Shown here in pieces: positions 37,301-47,135 of a stretch of 61,894 bases of DNA; position 1 is the stretch's first letter; every line of letters starts with the position of its first letter. Source of the stretch: a virus. Taxonomy: Duplodnaviria > Caudoviricetes. The translations under genes were made by a program, and so were the position numbers. The notes under the pieces were generated by a model, which saw only the letters and a program-made list of their open reading frames with translations, was not told the origin of the DNA and did no database searches. Location: IMG/VR virus record IMGVR_UViG_3300025102_000024, positions 1 to 61,894 of that record; one strand, given 5' to 3'.

Positions 37301-38175
37301 AATCTTTCCTGTAAATATTTTTGATTTTTGTAGTATTCAATTAATTGTTCTTTTGATAAGACTCTCAATTGTTCCCATAGTTGATTATTAGATTGCATAA
37401 ATGGATTATGAAACCAAGAGTTCTGTGTTCTTTGATGTTCTAAATGATATGCGTGTTCATCTACTCTACCAATATTATATCCTAATGTTTTCCAACGATG
37501 ATGTCTTTCAATATCTTCTGGTGCATATGCAATAAACCCTTCATTCTCTAATCCACCATCAATATAAACTTGACGATTAAAGAACTGAACCATTCCATAC
37601 TCCGCCCATCCTTGACCTTGTTCACTTTGATAATAAAAGTATCTATCATCAAAAGATTTACAATCATAATTTGATTCTAAAAAACTACTGACCCAACCAC
37701 CTTTTTCAAAACGATCCATATCATTTTGTGTTTCAATAGTGAATCCAAGATTTACTTTTCTCTCACCATGATTACCATAACGATAAGGATATACAACATC
37801 ATATTCACCCTCTAACATTTTAACAGATTGAACGTAACTGTCAATCGGTAATATTAAATCAGTATCATAGTTGACAACAATATCAGTCTTTGATTCCATT
37901 ACCATATCATTCAATATTCTAGTGCGATGAAATGCATCATCATCACGAGTATCATCTTCAAATATATGAATTAAGTTTGTTGTATCAACTAATCTTTTAA
38001 TTATTGGTAGTGCAAATGCTTCAAATCTACCTTCTGAATCTACCTCTTTGATCATTACATTTGTATCAAAGTGATGTAAAAGATATGCTGTTGATAGGAT
38101 TACATTACGAAGACGATCACCTGTATCAATACGCAATGGAATTATAAAAGTAGTATTTTTTAAATCAGATTTCAT
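37297..38175 (-). CDS. GT-A fold glycosyltransferase (GT7/GT2-like)
   Basis: FIIP.R, YDTD, GG.ENE.F..Y..ED.ER, YHLEH. Confidence 0.75.
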   Translation of the reverse strand: MKSDLKNTTFIIPLRIDTGDRLRNVILSTAYLLHHFDTNVMIKEVDSEGRFEAFALPIIKRLVDTTNLIHIFEDDTRDDDAFHRTRILNDMVMESKTDIVVNYDTDLILPIDSYVQSVKMLEGEYDVVYPYRYGNHGERKVNLGFTIETQNDMDRFEKGGWVSSFLESNYDCKSFDDRYFYYQSEQGQGWAEYGMVQFFNRQVYIDGGLENEGFIAYAPEDIERHHRWKTLGYNIGRVDEHAYHLEHQRTQNSWFHNPFMQSNNQLWEQLRVLSKEQLIEYYKNQKYLQERL

Positions 38176-38974
38176 TAATCATTCTCCAACTTCGAGGAAA
38201 TAAATCTATTGTAGATTTACTTGCGTTATTCGGACCAAACCATCTATTAGGATAGATCACTTCTTTACATGGGTTTTGTGATAACCATGCACCCCACCAA
38301 GAATAGGTAGAGTTAGCAATAATAAAATCACTACATTGTGTCATTAAATATAAGTCATGATATGAGCTATTGGAGTGTGAAACTAAGAACCTATCATTGT
38401 CAAAAAGTTTTTGCTCAAAACACCACTCAGGATCATCAGAAAAAATAATAACTTGACGATCTTCATCAAAACAATCTAATGCATTTTCATAATAACTCAT
38501 AGGTAAGTTATGATGATTTGCAGAGTTGATAAGGAAATCACCCCTACGAATATGCAATGATATAGGATTATCAAATTGTCTTAGAGTTTTCCTACATTCA
38601 TCAACAATGTTCTTATTAAATTTAAAGTCTTTAATAATCTCATCTCTAATGTTTAAAAAGTATTTTGGTGTTTGAAAGAACCCAACTAAAGAACAATCAT
38701 CAGGGCAATTATTATATAAGTCTTCATCAAAATGAAACTGTGCTTCTTGCACATAATCATTTGTCTGCAAGAAACCATAATGTTTGCTTTTAAATTTGAA
38801 TGGTTCAAATAGTTCAATACGAAGTGTATTGCCAAGACCATCTTCTATTGCCTGATCATGATTTGGAATGATATAATCCAAACCACGATTTCTTGCAATA
38901 CCTTTGAGTGCTGCATATTGAAACATCTGGTTCCCCAGTTGTCCCATCTTACCAAGATAATTTAATCCAATCAT
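38165..38974 (-). CDS. GT11 alpha-1,2-fucosyltransferase family protein
   Basis: GQLGNQMFQYA, HIRRGD, FSDD, NSTYSWWGA. Confidence 0.92.
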   Translation of the reverse strand: MIGLNYLGKMGQLGNQMFQYAALKGIARNRGLDYIIPNHDQAIEDGLGNTLRIELFEPFKFKSKHYGFLQTNDYVQEAQFHFDEDLYNNCPDDCSLVGFFQTPKYFLNIRDEIIKDFKFNKNIVDECRKTLRQFDNPISLHIRRGDFLINSANHHNLPMSYYENALDCFDEDRQVIIFSDDPEWCFEQKLFDNDRFLVSHSNSSYHDLYLMTQCSDFIIANSTYSWWGAWLSQNPCKEVIYPNRWFGPNNASKSTIDLFPRSWRMINEI

Positions 38975-39791
38975 CAGGTATCAAATCTTTAGTGTCATTT
39001 TCTTTAAGAAGTTGTGGACCGAACCAAGGGTCTGGTGCGATCACAGGATTTGTACGATCTTTTTGTAACCATGCACCCCACCAACTTAATGTGCTTGGTG
39101 ATATTATAGCACCATTACACTGACTCATCAAGCATAAGTCAACATATGGTATGAATGATTTACGATAAACTCCATCACCCTCCATACATTTGTGATCATA
39201 CTGTTCAACTTCCTCATTGATAAAAAATCTTTTATCTTCAAAAAAGTCTTGGCTCTTACACCATTCAACATCATCACTACACACAAGAACCTTTGAGTCT
39301 GAGTCAAAATGTTCTAATGCTTTTTCATAATAATCAAAAGTGGGAACAGGATGTAAATGTTCTCTACCTATATTATCTCCACGACGTACATGTAAAAATA
39401 TTAACTTCTTATGTTGACAAGTAAACTCTAAACAAGGTTCTCTAATATCATCTACAAATTCAAAATCTTCTCTGATTTCTTTCTCAATATGTTTAAAATA
39501 TTTCTCGCTCTGTAAATACCCATCTATATTTGTATCATCCTTACAATTATTGAATAGATCCTCGTCAAAATGAAAATGAGACTCCCACCTTGTTTCATAA
39601 GGAACCTCATTAATATGTTTTAAATGATATAACTTAAACGGATCATGCATTCCATAGTTTGCTGTCCGTGTGCTATCAGGTGGAATGCAAAACTCATATC
39701 CATGTTTTGCTGCAATGCCACGCAAAGATGCATACTGGAAGAGTTGATTGCCAAATCTTCCATTAATACCTAATCTATTGTAACCAATCAT
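38949..39791 (-). CDS. GT11 alpha-1,2-fucosyltransferase family protein
   Basis: GRFGNQLFQYA, HVRRGD, SDD, STLSWWGA. Confidence 0.92.
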   Translation of the reverse strand: MIGYNRLGINGRFGNQLFQYASLRGIAAKHGYEFCIPPDSTRTANYGMHDPFKLYHLKHINEVPYETRWESHFHFDEDLFNNCKDDTNIDGYLQSEKYFKHIEKEIREDFEFVDDIREPCLEFTCQHKKLIFLHVRRGDNIGREHLHPVPTFDYYEKALEHFDSDSKVLVCSDDVEWCKSQDFFEDKRFFINEEVEQYDHKCMEGDGVYRKSFIPYVDLCLMSQCNGAIISPSTLSWWGAWLQKDRTNPVIAPDPWFGPQLLKENDTKDLIPDDWIKLSW

Positions 39792-40906
39792 AATTTAATT
39801 TCAAAAACCTGTTCGTTTGGTTCTTCATAAATGATTCGAGAATCACACTGATCTCTAAGTGAAGAGTCAGAACAATACACTATATATCCCTCATTTAATA
39901 AGTCTAAACAAAGTCGATATTGTTGACTTTCAGTAAGGATATCAGTCTTAGGTTTGTATGTCAAGTAATCAAAAAAGAATGGTAATTTTTTCTTGTTCTT
40001 ATTAATAAAATAATCTTTCAAGAATGTAGCATGATCTTCATTAAATGCATCAGTAACATGACCAATGTTATGATTTACTCCTACTTTACTTGCATATGAT
40101 GCGAATGCACGATTGTCTCTTGGAAAACAAGGACCACCAAATCCAAAACCATATTTCATATATTTTTTTCCAATCCTATCATCAGAACCAATTGACATCA
40201 ATACATTATCAATCTCATTTTCCATACCAGATAATGTAAGGACTTCTCCTAGCATATTAGCATAGCTAATCTTTGTGGTAAGAAAACAATTTACAGCAAT
40301 TTTTGTAACCTCTGCTGCTTTTGTACTCATAAAGTAGATGGAAGGACTAATAAATCCCATCTGTATTTTTTCATATACCTGTTCTAGTTCTGATTTATGA
40401 TTACCGTCACCACCAATCAACACCATATCGGCATTTTGTAAATCACGAATGATAGAACCTTGTGCAATAAACTCTGGGTTATAAAATATATCAATACCAG
40501 TATCCTTAAGTGCTTCTTGGAAATCATTACAATCACCAGGATTTGTAGTGCAACCAATAACTAAAGATTTTTCATCTAATAATATTGAAACATCTTTAAA
40601 GTCATCTATAACTTTCCATACAGCACTCACATCATAACTTCCATCTTCAAGTGAAGGTGTGGCAACTAGAGTAAAGATAATATCACATTCTGTAATGACT
40701 CTGAGATTATCAGTTGTGAATTCAATATTATTTGCTTCCGAAAGATAATCTTGAACCTCTGGTTCAGCAGTACGAATAATACCATTCTGCAAGTCTTTGA
40801 TGTATCCTTCACGATTGTCAGATGCTAGGACATTATATCCTGCTTTTTCAATCAAAAGAGCAAGGCAGATTCCTAATCTACCTGCTCCAATTAATCCAAT
40901 TTTCAT
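39788..40906 (-). CDS. ugd: UDP-glucose/GDP-mannose 6-dehydrogenase
   Basis: GAGRLG, VATP, NPEF, AE..K...N, GFGGPCFPRD. Confidence 0.9.
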   Translation of the reverse strand: MKIGLIGAGRLGICLALLIEKAGYNVLASDNREGYIKDLQNGIIRTAEPEVQDYLSEANNIEFTTDNLRVITECDIIFTLVATPSLEDGSYDVSAVWKVIDDFKDVSILLDEKSLVIGCTTNPGDCNDFQEALKDTGIDIFYNPEFIAQGSIIRDLQNADMVLIGGDGNHKSELEQVYEKIQMGFISPSIYFMSTKAAEVTKIAVNCFLTTKISYANMLGEVLTLSGMENEIDNVLMSIGSDDRIGKKYMKYGFGFGGPCFPRDNRAFASYASKVGVNHNIGHVTDAFNEDHATFLKDYFINKNKKKLPFFFDYLTYKPKTDILTESQQYRLCLDLLNEGYIVYCSDSSLRDQCDSRIIYEEPNEQVFEIKL

Positions 40907-41676
40907 AATTTGAATGTAGGGATAGGTTGCATTTTATGTTTGTTTAATGTGTTAAATCTACTTAAGATTTCAACAGCAGGTCCTGTACCTCTTTCCATTG
41001 CTTCTTCAAGTTGTTCGTATGATGCACCAAGTTGTGCTTCATCAGTTCTTGAGTCATCCCATAGACCATCAGTTGGTGTTGCATCAACAATGCGTTGATC
41101 AACTTCTAGATATTCACCTAGTTCCCAGACTTCCGTTTTATAAAGGTCAGCAATAGGGGCGATATCAACACCACCGTCACCATACTTAGTATAAAAACCG
41201 ACTCCATAATCCTCCACTTTGTTACCTGTTCCAACTACTATACCACCTACTGATCCAGCAATTTGATATAGAGTTACCATACGAATTCGTGATTTCGTAT
41301 TTGCATTTGCGTGTGCACTTGCAGTAAACTCTCTCTTATTATAATTTTGTGCTTCAGACCACCACTCAACTGACTTTATTAAACCTTCATATACACTCGA
41401 AAGTTCTATTTCAATTCTTCTAACATTATCATACTTTTCTACTAATGCCTTTGAATGAACATCAGAAAGTTTTGTATTCTTAAATTTAGAATCAAGTGGC
41501 ATGCACACAACATAAGTTGGCAATCCTGTTCTAGCACACAATGAGGAGACAACAGCAGAATCAATTCCACCTGATACTCCTATTACAAATGCATCAATGC
41601 TGTGTTCCCAATAATAATCTTTTAACCATCCAACAATATTATCTGTTAGATCTTCATAACTATCAATTCGTGTCAT
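40903..41676 (-). CDS. nadE: NH3-dependent NAD+ synthetase
   Basis: GVSGGIDSA, N.KSRIRM..LY, GTGN..E..GFYTKYGDG, L.KTEV, PTDGLW, DE..LG. Confidence 0.95.
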   Translation of the reverse strand: MTRIDSYEDLTDNIVGWLKDYYWEHSIDAFVIGVSGGIDSAVVSSLCARTGLPTYVVCMPLDSKFKNTKLSDVHSKALVEKYDNVRRIEIELSSVYEGLIKSVEWWSEAQNYNKREFTASAHANANTKSRIRMVTLYQIAGSVGGIVVGTGNKVEDYGVGFYTKYGDGGVDIAPIADLYKTEVWELGEYLEVDQRIVDATPTDGLWDDSRTDEAQLGASYEQLEEAMERGTGPAVEILSRFNTLNKHKMQPIPTFKL

Positions 41677-41677
41677 T

Positions 41678-42781
41678 TTATCCAGATGCTAATAATTCAA
41701 TTTCCTCTTCTGATTGTAGCACATCATCTAATTGTTTGCTATAGATTTGTGTACAAATCCAATTATAAGTTTTACGGATTCCATCTTCTAGTGATTGAGA
41801 ATAATCCCAACCAAGTTTTTCTCTAACAAGATCGTTGTTTGAGTTGCGTCCACGAACACCAAGAGGAGCATCAAGTATATGATTCTTCTCTACCTTTTTA
41901 CTTGCAACCTTTGCTGCTGTTTCAACTAACTGATTAATTGTAACCATCTCTTCTGATCCGATATTCACAGGTCCTAAGAAATCAGATTGCATTAATCTCC
42001 AAGTTGCTTCGACGCATTCATCAATGAACAGGAAGGAACGAGTTTGTAAACCATCTCCCCACACCTCGATAGATCCACCTTCCTGCGAGAGTTGAGCCAC
42101 TTTACGGCAGATTGCTGCTGGAGCCTTTTCTCTTCCTCCATCCCATGTTCCTTCTGGACCGAAAATGTTATGGTAACGAGCAACACGAACAGGTATACCG
42201 TAGTTACGATTATAAGTGAGATATAATCTTTCCGAGAAGAGTTTTTCCCATCCATATTCGGAGTCAGGGTTAGCAGGGTAAGCAGATTCTTCACGACAAT
42301 CAGGGTTAGCAGGGTCTAGTTGATTATGCTCTGGGTACATACACGCAGAACTTGAATAAAATATTTTTGTCTTATTTGATTCTTTATCTTTATTCCACTT
42401 CTTTTGTTCTTCTAAAAGGTTTAAATTAATGGAAGCAGAGTTGTGCATAATATCTGCATCATTCTCTCCTGTAAATATAAATCCTGCACCTCCCATATCA
42501 GCAGCAAACTGATATATCTCATCAAATGGTTCTAAAAACTTATCTACGATTTGTGAATAATAATTGCCTCTCTCACCACCATAACGAATGACTCTACGAA
42601 CAATTTCTACATCTCTTAGATCACCACAAATAAATTCGTTTGCTTCTGTCTTAGAAAACTCAGGGTATTTTAGATCTACACCTCTTACCCAATATCCTTC
42701 TTTACGCAGTCTCTTTACCATATGACTGCCAATAAATCCACCTGCACCAAGAACAAGTGCGGTTTTTTTGTACTCTCTCAT
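41678..42781 (-). CDS. GDP-mannose 3,5-epimerase-like protein
   Basis: GAGGFIG, AADMGG.GFI, SSACMYP, YGWEK, REKAPAA.CRK, GVRGRNS. Confidence 0.88.
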   Translation of the reverse strand: MREYKKTALVLGAGGFIGSHMVKRLRKEGYWVRGVDLKYPEFSKTEANEFICGDLRDVEIVRRVIRYGGERGNYYSQIVDKFLEPFDEIYQFAADMGGAGFIFTGENDADIMHNSASINLNLLEEQKKWNKDKESNKTKIFYSSSACMYPEHNQLDPANPDCREESAYPANPDSEYGWEKLFSERLYLTYNRNYGIPVRVARYHNIFGPEGTWDGGREKAPAAICRKVAQLSQEGGSIEVWGDGLQTRSFLFIDECVEATWRLMQSDFLGPVNIGSEEMVTINQLVETAAKVASKKVEKNHILDAPLGVRGRNSNNDLVREKLGWDYSQSLEDGIRKTYNWICTQIYSKQLDDVLQSEEEIELLASG

Positions 42782-42806
42782 ATCCTATAGGAATAGTCGA
42801 TCAATT

Positions 42807-42846
42807 TATTTAGTATAAAAAATAAAGGGTTACTTGTCAACCCTTC
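42807..42846 (-). promoter_or_regulatory. Overlapping terminator hairpin, sigma70 promoter and late promoter ahead of the glycan operon
   Basis: AAGGGTT/AACCCTT hairpin plus U-rich tail; TTGACA(42835-40)-17-TATACT(42812-17); CTAAATA(42807-13). Confidence 0.7.
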
Positions 42847-43174
42847 CATAATCATCCTGTAATCTTACAATATCTTTCTCATCACACTTTCCCCTCTGCA
42901 CTTCAATAAAAGTAACACCATCTGGACTTGCTTCCATACGATGTACTTCCTTTTTTGCAATAAACATATCATCACCAGGATTCATAACGGAAATATCTTT
43001 ATTTACAATGCATTTACCAGAACCTTCTACCACTGTCCAATGCTCATCACGATGGTGATGATACTGAAGTGATAGTTTTGTATTTGGATTTAAATGTATC
43101 TTTTTAACCTTATAAGTTGCACCCTCATCAAGAGTGATGTACCAACCCCAAGGTCTAAATTCAAACTTTCTCAT
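42830..43174 (-). CDS. Mannose-6-phosphate isomerase (type II cupin)
   Basis: RPWG, LSLQYHHHRDEHW, HR, IEVQ.G...E.DIVRL.DDYGR. Confidence 0.92.
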   Translation of the reverse strand: MRKFEFRPWGWYITLDEGATYKVKKIHLNPNTKLSLQYHHHRDEHWTVVEGSGKCIVNKDISVMNPGDDMFIAKKEVHRMEASPDGVTFIEVQRGKCDEKDIVRLQDDYGRVDK

Positions 43175-43189
43175 TACGAAAGATTATAT

Positions 43190-43396
43190 TTAATGTTCTG
43201 TTTTGTAGTAAGATGTGTTATTTTCTAACCACTTTATAATTGATGCAACCTTACCTTCAAGTGACGCATCAGAAGTGCCTTCACTATGATCATGTACTAC
43301 TGCTTCAAGTGCTTTAAGTCTTGCTTCTACTTCAACATCATACTTAGACATTGATGCTCCACTTGAAGACTTACCTGCTGTTCCTTTGAATGCCAT
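43190..43396 (-). CDS. Conserved cyanophage hypothetical protein
   Basis: GASMSKYDVEVEARLKALE; ATAAATA upstream. Confidence 0.7.
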   Translation of the reverse strand: MAFKGTAGKSSSGASMSKYDVEVEARLKALEAVVHDHSEGTSDASLEGKVASIIKWLENNTSYYKTEH

Positions 43397-43415
43397 TTAA
43401 ATAATTAACTCTGAT

Positions 43416-43643
43416 TTATTTATCACACACATAACAAGGAACGCCAGCAGGATCTAACCACTTTGTATATTCAAAGTCATCAATGGCAGTTTTGAACTGC
43501 ATAAAGTTATCACAGAGGTACATATCTTTATACCCATTGTGATTATTCCACTTCTGAATACGATAGTCTGGTTGACCGTTCTCAAGTGGATCAGGCATTT
43601 TAACATACCTGTATGGATCATTCTGTACTAATACTTCAATCAT
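43416..43643 (-). CDS. Conserved cyanophage hypothetical protein
   Basis: GAGGAG RBS and its own promoter. Confidence 0.75.
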   Translation of the reverse strand: MIEVLVQNDPYRYVKMPDPLENGQPDYRIQKWNNHNGYKDMYLCDNFMQFKTAIDDFEYTKWLDPAGVPCYVCDK

Positions 43644-43664
43644 AATAATATGTCTTACTCCTCT

Positions 43665-43715
43665 ATTATAAACGATGTATGCCCTTGAGTCAAGTGTGCC
43701 AGTTAAAAAAGTGTC
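43665..43715 (-). promoter_or_regulatory. Early-type promoter with upstream inverted motif
   Basis: TTGACT(43688-93)-17-TATAAT(43665-70); GACACTT-N4-AACTGGCAC just upstream. Confidence 0.7.
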
Positions 43716-43959
43716 AAGGTCTGACTACGATATCTCCATCATCATCTTCATCATCTACATCCTCAAGTTTGAATACCATCAATTCTTCTCCGTATCCAAC
43801 CCCTTCCATCTCAGGGTGAGGTGCAGGTATTCTTGTTTTTGTTATTGGTTTATTTAAATCTGATATCGTGGTTGTCATCATTTTCCACATAAAAGCAAAG
43901 GTTGCTCCGAATATTGCAACAAAGCATACCAAAAATATTAATACTGTCACATCAGTCAT
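43714..43959 (-). CDS. DUF2973-like membrane protein
   Basis: TM helix, PHPEM...GEELMVF, acidic tail. Confidence 0.7.
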   Translation of the reverse strand: MTDVTVLIFLVCFVAIFGATFAFMWKMMTTTISDLNKPITKTRIPAPHPEMEGVGYGEELMVFKLEDVDDEDDDGDIVVRP

Positions 43960-44342
43960 TATCGTTGAAATAGTTTTTGAATTGGAACCTGTTTGATTTT
44001 ATCTATAACATCAACCTCAACACGATCAACAATCCTTTCTAATATATTAACATCTAAATCCATAAATGGTGGAATAACACCCAACACTCTTAACAAACCA
44101 TCAACAAATAAGGCAAGTGTGGTAAATCCAAGAATCATACTCAAGACAGTCGCATCACGATTATGCTTTGCCATTGATGCTTCATCAATCTTTCGTGCTT
44201 CGTCAACTGCTTCTTTGACTGCAGCAGAAATTAGAATATCAACCTCTTCTTTCGTATAGGCAATGTCTTTAATTTTTTCTTCTGTCGAATTTCTAGGACT
44301 TGCTACAGTCGTGATAGGGAATTCTCTGATTAGATTTATCAT
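43959..44342 (-). CDS. Hypothetical membrane protein
   Basis: HNRDAT...ILGF..LALFVDGLLR.LG.IPPF. Confidence 0.7.
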   Translation of the reverse strand: MINLIREFPITTVASPRNSTEEKIKDIAYTKEEVDILISAAVKEAVDEARKIDEASMAKHNRDATVLSMILGFTTLALFVDGLLRVLGVIPPFMDLDVNILERIVDRVEVDVIDKIKQVPIQKLFQR

Positions 44343-44369
44343 ATTGATTGCTTTTTAATATGTATTATA

Positions 44370-44525
44370 TCACATCATTTCATAGTTGTGACTGGTTGCT
44401 TTTGTTCCGTTATTAATTTGTTTCTTTTCTTCTAGTTCTTGTATCTTTTGTATCATTTGATGACTCTTTTTTATAGAGTCAAGTTTCTTTTGAACCTCTT
44501 CAAGTTCTTTTTGGATATTATCCAT
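44370..44525 (-). CDS. 51-aa coiled-coil protein (not in ORF track)
   Basis: MDNIQKELEEVQKKLDSIKK...NYEMM; GGGAG upstream. Confidence 0.55.
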   Translation of the reverse strand: MDNIQKELEEVQKKLDSIKKSHQMIQKIQELEEKKQINNGTKATSHNYEMM

Positions 44526-44615
44526 TATGGTGGTAAAATGCTCCCTTATAATCTCCTTGCCTAAAGCTACACGACAAGTTCTGATCTAAGTAATTATATT
44601 TAGGAAGATTGAAAA

Positions 44616-45530
44616 TTACTCAACAGGATGTATTAAGTAACCTGACCATTTAGTGGTAGAAAAAATATTAGGATTTCTGTTACTACTCATCCAAGCCTGT
44701 ACATAATCAGAGGTGCCATTACAAAAGACAATTTGAGAAAGTTGAGTGAAATAATAGTTACCATAGTTTGTAGAATATCCATCTGCATATTGACTAACTG
44801 CAGTGCCATTTAGTTTGAAGGCAAAACTCTGTTCAATACTACTTCCATTCATATCCGTACCAAACTGACCTGATAAATGGAATTGATAATGTCCTTTGAC
44901 TTGTGGTGTGAATCTGTGATTACTATTATTATACCATCCACACGAATCAAAACAATGAATATTGTCTGTTGTTACAGCTGGAATAATACCTTCTGTAGCA
45001 TTACTTGCTACCTCGGCTTGAAAGGCACCTAATAAACTCATACCACCTCTGTTTCCAGAGTAATATGATGTCATTATACCGATATTATTGACTCTCCATC
45101 TTTCTGAACCTTCAGTTGTAATTCTTATACTACCATCAGATCCCGTATCAACAGTTTCAACTTGTGTATTACCTTCAAATATTTTGTCTGCTGCTATTCC
45201 AGTTAAGTTAGCACCACTACCACTAAATGATGTTGCAGTTACAATACCACTTGCATTACCTAATTTTATATTACTTCCTACATTTAAATCATTCCCTACT
45301 ACATTTACACCTGCTCTTGCTGTAACGACACCAACTGAATCTATATTCGTTACGTCTTCATATGTTAATGTACCACCAACACCAATGTTTCCAGTGACTG
45401 TTAAATCACCAGTTATATTTTGACTCGTTGTTGTAGCAGTAACTACACCAGAAACAGTGATGCCATCAGGAAAATTAGGCGCACCATTTGCATTCTGGTT
45501 AGTTATTGTATTTGCTCTAATTCTCGACAT
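44616..45530 (-). CDS. Tail fibre protein with C1q-like tip
   Basis: MSRIRANTI, LTYEDV, FTPQVKGHYQF...DYVQ. Confidence 0.7.
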   Translation of the reverse strand: MSRIRANTITNQNANGAPNFPDGITVSGVVTATTTSQNITGDLTVTGNIGVGGTLTYEDVTNIDSVGVVTARAGVNVVGNDLNVGSNIKLGNASGIVTATSFSGSGANLTGIAADKIFEGNTQVETVDTGSDGSIRITTEGSERWRVNNIGIMTSYYSGNRGGMSLLGAFQAEVASNATEGIIPAVTTDNIHCFDSCGWYNNSNHRFTPQVKGHYQFHLSGQFGTDMNGSSIEQSFAFKLNGTAVSQYADGYSTNYGNYYFTQLSQIVFCNGTSDYVQAWMSSNRNPNIFSTTKWSGYLIHPVE

Positions 45531-45577
45531 TTTTTTATATTTTTAGTTATTTATAGACGAATGTAATTAATATTTAG

Positions 45578-47119
45578 TTACTTGATTCCATAAAGTTTTA
45601 CCACACCACCAGTAAAAGCAGTAGAACCAGAAAGTTGCAAAGAAGTTATTGCTGATGTGCTTTTATACTGTCCATGTGTCATAATGAATAAAGGATGACC
45701 ACTATAAGAAGGATCATCACCAACAGAAAACATTTCAAAAAGTTTTCTTGCACCACTATTAACATCAAACAAAGTAAAACGATGAACATTTTGTGAGTTT
45801 GGCCAACCTGCAAAACCTACACCATTAAAGTAGAAAGATGTAGCGTCACGATCACCTGTTGAATTTATTCCTTCATTTCCCTGTTGGTAAGTTCTATGCC
45901 ACGGATAATTTGTACCACTATCAGAATTAAATCTTAAATAGCAATCACCAAGAGCAGAAGCACCAACTAACCCCGTGACTGTTCCGTATAAATGTTGATA
46001 ACTCGATAAGCTTAAACTTATAGATGTAGAGTTATTGGTAATTGTCGTAGTGTTTAATAATGTAAAACCACCAGAACTAGGAGTTGCCCACTGCACTGCT
46101 GAACCAGAACCTTGACTTGTTAATACCTGACCTGATGTTCCATAGTTTGCACCAGCAATTCCAATTTGACCTGCACTTCCGATACGAAGTCTTTCTGAAC
46201 CATCAATCGCAAAATTTATTAATGATCCATTTACTGTACCATCAACGTCAGCTTGAAAAGCTAAACTTCCATATCTTCCAACTACATTAGCTATTCCACC
46301 ATCTTTAATTGATATTCTTGTAGCTGCGTCACTACCAGTACCAGACAAATTAAGTATGCTATCTGGAGTTGCAGTTCCAATACCAATTCCAGTTCCCGTT
46401 CCACTAATTAAAGTATTAGCACCTGTTGCTCCTATTCTTATACCACTTCTCGCTGTAACGACTCCTACTGAATCTATATTCGTTACGTCCTCATATGTTA
46501 GGACACCACCAACTCCTAGATTTCCTGTAATGGTTCCACTCGCAGCACTAATAGCACCTGAAAATGTTCCAGCAGTTCCCGTTAAACCATTTGGAAAGTT
46601 TGGTGCTCCGTTTGCACCTGCGTTTGTAATTGTACCTGCACGAATGCGACCACCAGTTGCAGCACTTGCAGTTGAAGTGCTTGTGCGAATACCTAAAACA
46701 TCAGGTATGAAAGTATCTCCGTCCGCAACTATGAAATCTGCGTCATCCTTTACAACAAGATCTTGATAATGAGTGTAAGATGCAACTGCTGAATCAGGAT
46801 GATTAACAGTAACAGTTGAACCAATACTTAATTCTTGATTAACATAGTAAATTTTATTTAATTCACTTGTATCATTATCACTTAATGGTGTTCCAATACC
46901 AGAACTTGATACTCCCTCTAAACCTGAACCATCACCAAAGAATGCAGATGCAGTTACAATTCCCGTGAATGTCGCATCACCATGTTTTCTGATTGTTACA
47001 CCAATACCAGTATTACTTCCAATATCAATACCAGTTGAATGCAGTAAAGAATCACCAATCAGTATCGAAGATCCTGGTTCTGTTCCTATTCCTGCTGGTG
47101 CGACTTTAGTGAATGACAT
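45578..47119 (-). CDS. Tail fibre protein
   Basis: Internal RIRAGTI/ANGAPNFP, LTYEDV, ERLRIGSAGQ, GQVLTS. Confidence 0.7.
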   Translation of the reverse strand: MSFTKVAPAGIGTEPGSSILIGDSLLHSTGIDIGSNTGIGVTIRKHGDATFTGIVTASAFFGDGSGLEGVSSSGIGTPLSDNDTSELNKIYYVNQELSIGSTVTVNHPDSAVASYTHYQDLVVKDDADFIVADGDTFIPDVLGIRTSTSTASAATGGRIRAGTITNAGANGAPNFPNGLTGTAGTFSGAISAASGTITGNLGVGGVLTYEDVTNIDSVGVVTARSGIRIGATGANTLISGTGTGIGIGTATPDSILNLSGTGSDAATRISIKDGGIANVVGRYGSLAFQADVDGTVNGSLINFAIDGSERLRIGSAGQIGIAGANYGTSGQVLTSQGSGSAVQWATPSSGGFTLLNTTTITNNSTSISLSLSSYQHLYGTVTGLVGASALGDCYLRFNSDSGTNYPWHRTYQQGNEGINSTGDRDATSFYFNGVGFAGWPNSQNVHRFTLFDVNSGARKLFEMFSVGDDPSYSGHPLFIMTHGQYKSTSAITSLQLSGSTAFTGGVVKLYGIK

Positions 47120-47135
47120 ATTACTTTTTAATTAT

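Noticed and set aside
44526-44615. Slightly GC-rich intergenic stretch as a possible ncRNA
   Set aside because: No convincing stems or terminator; consistent with a late promoter plus ordinary leader
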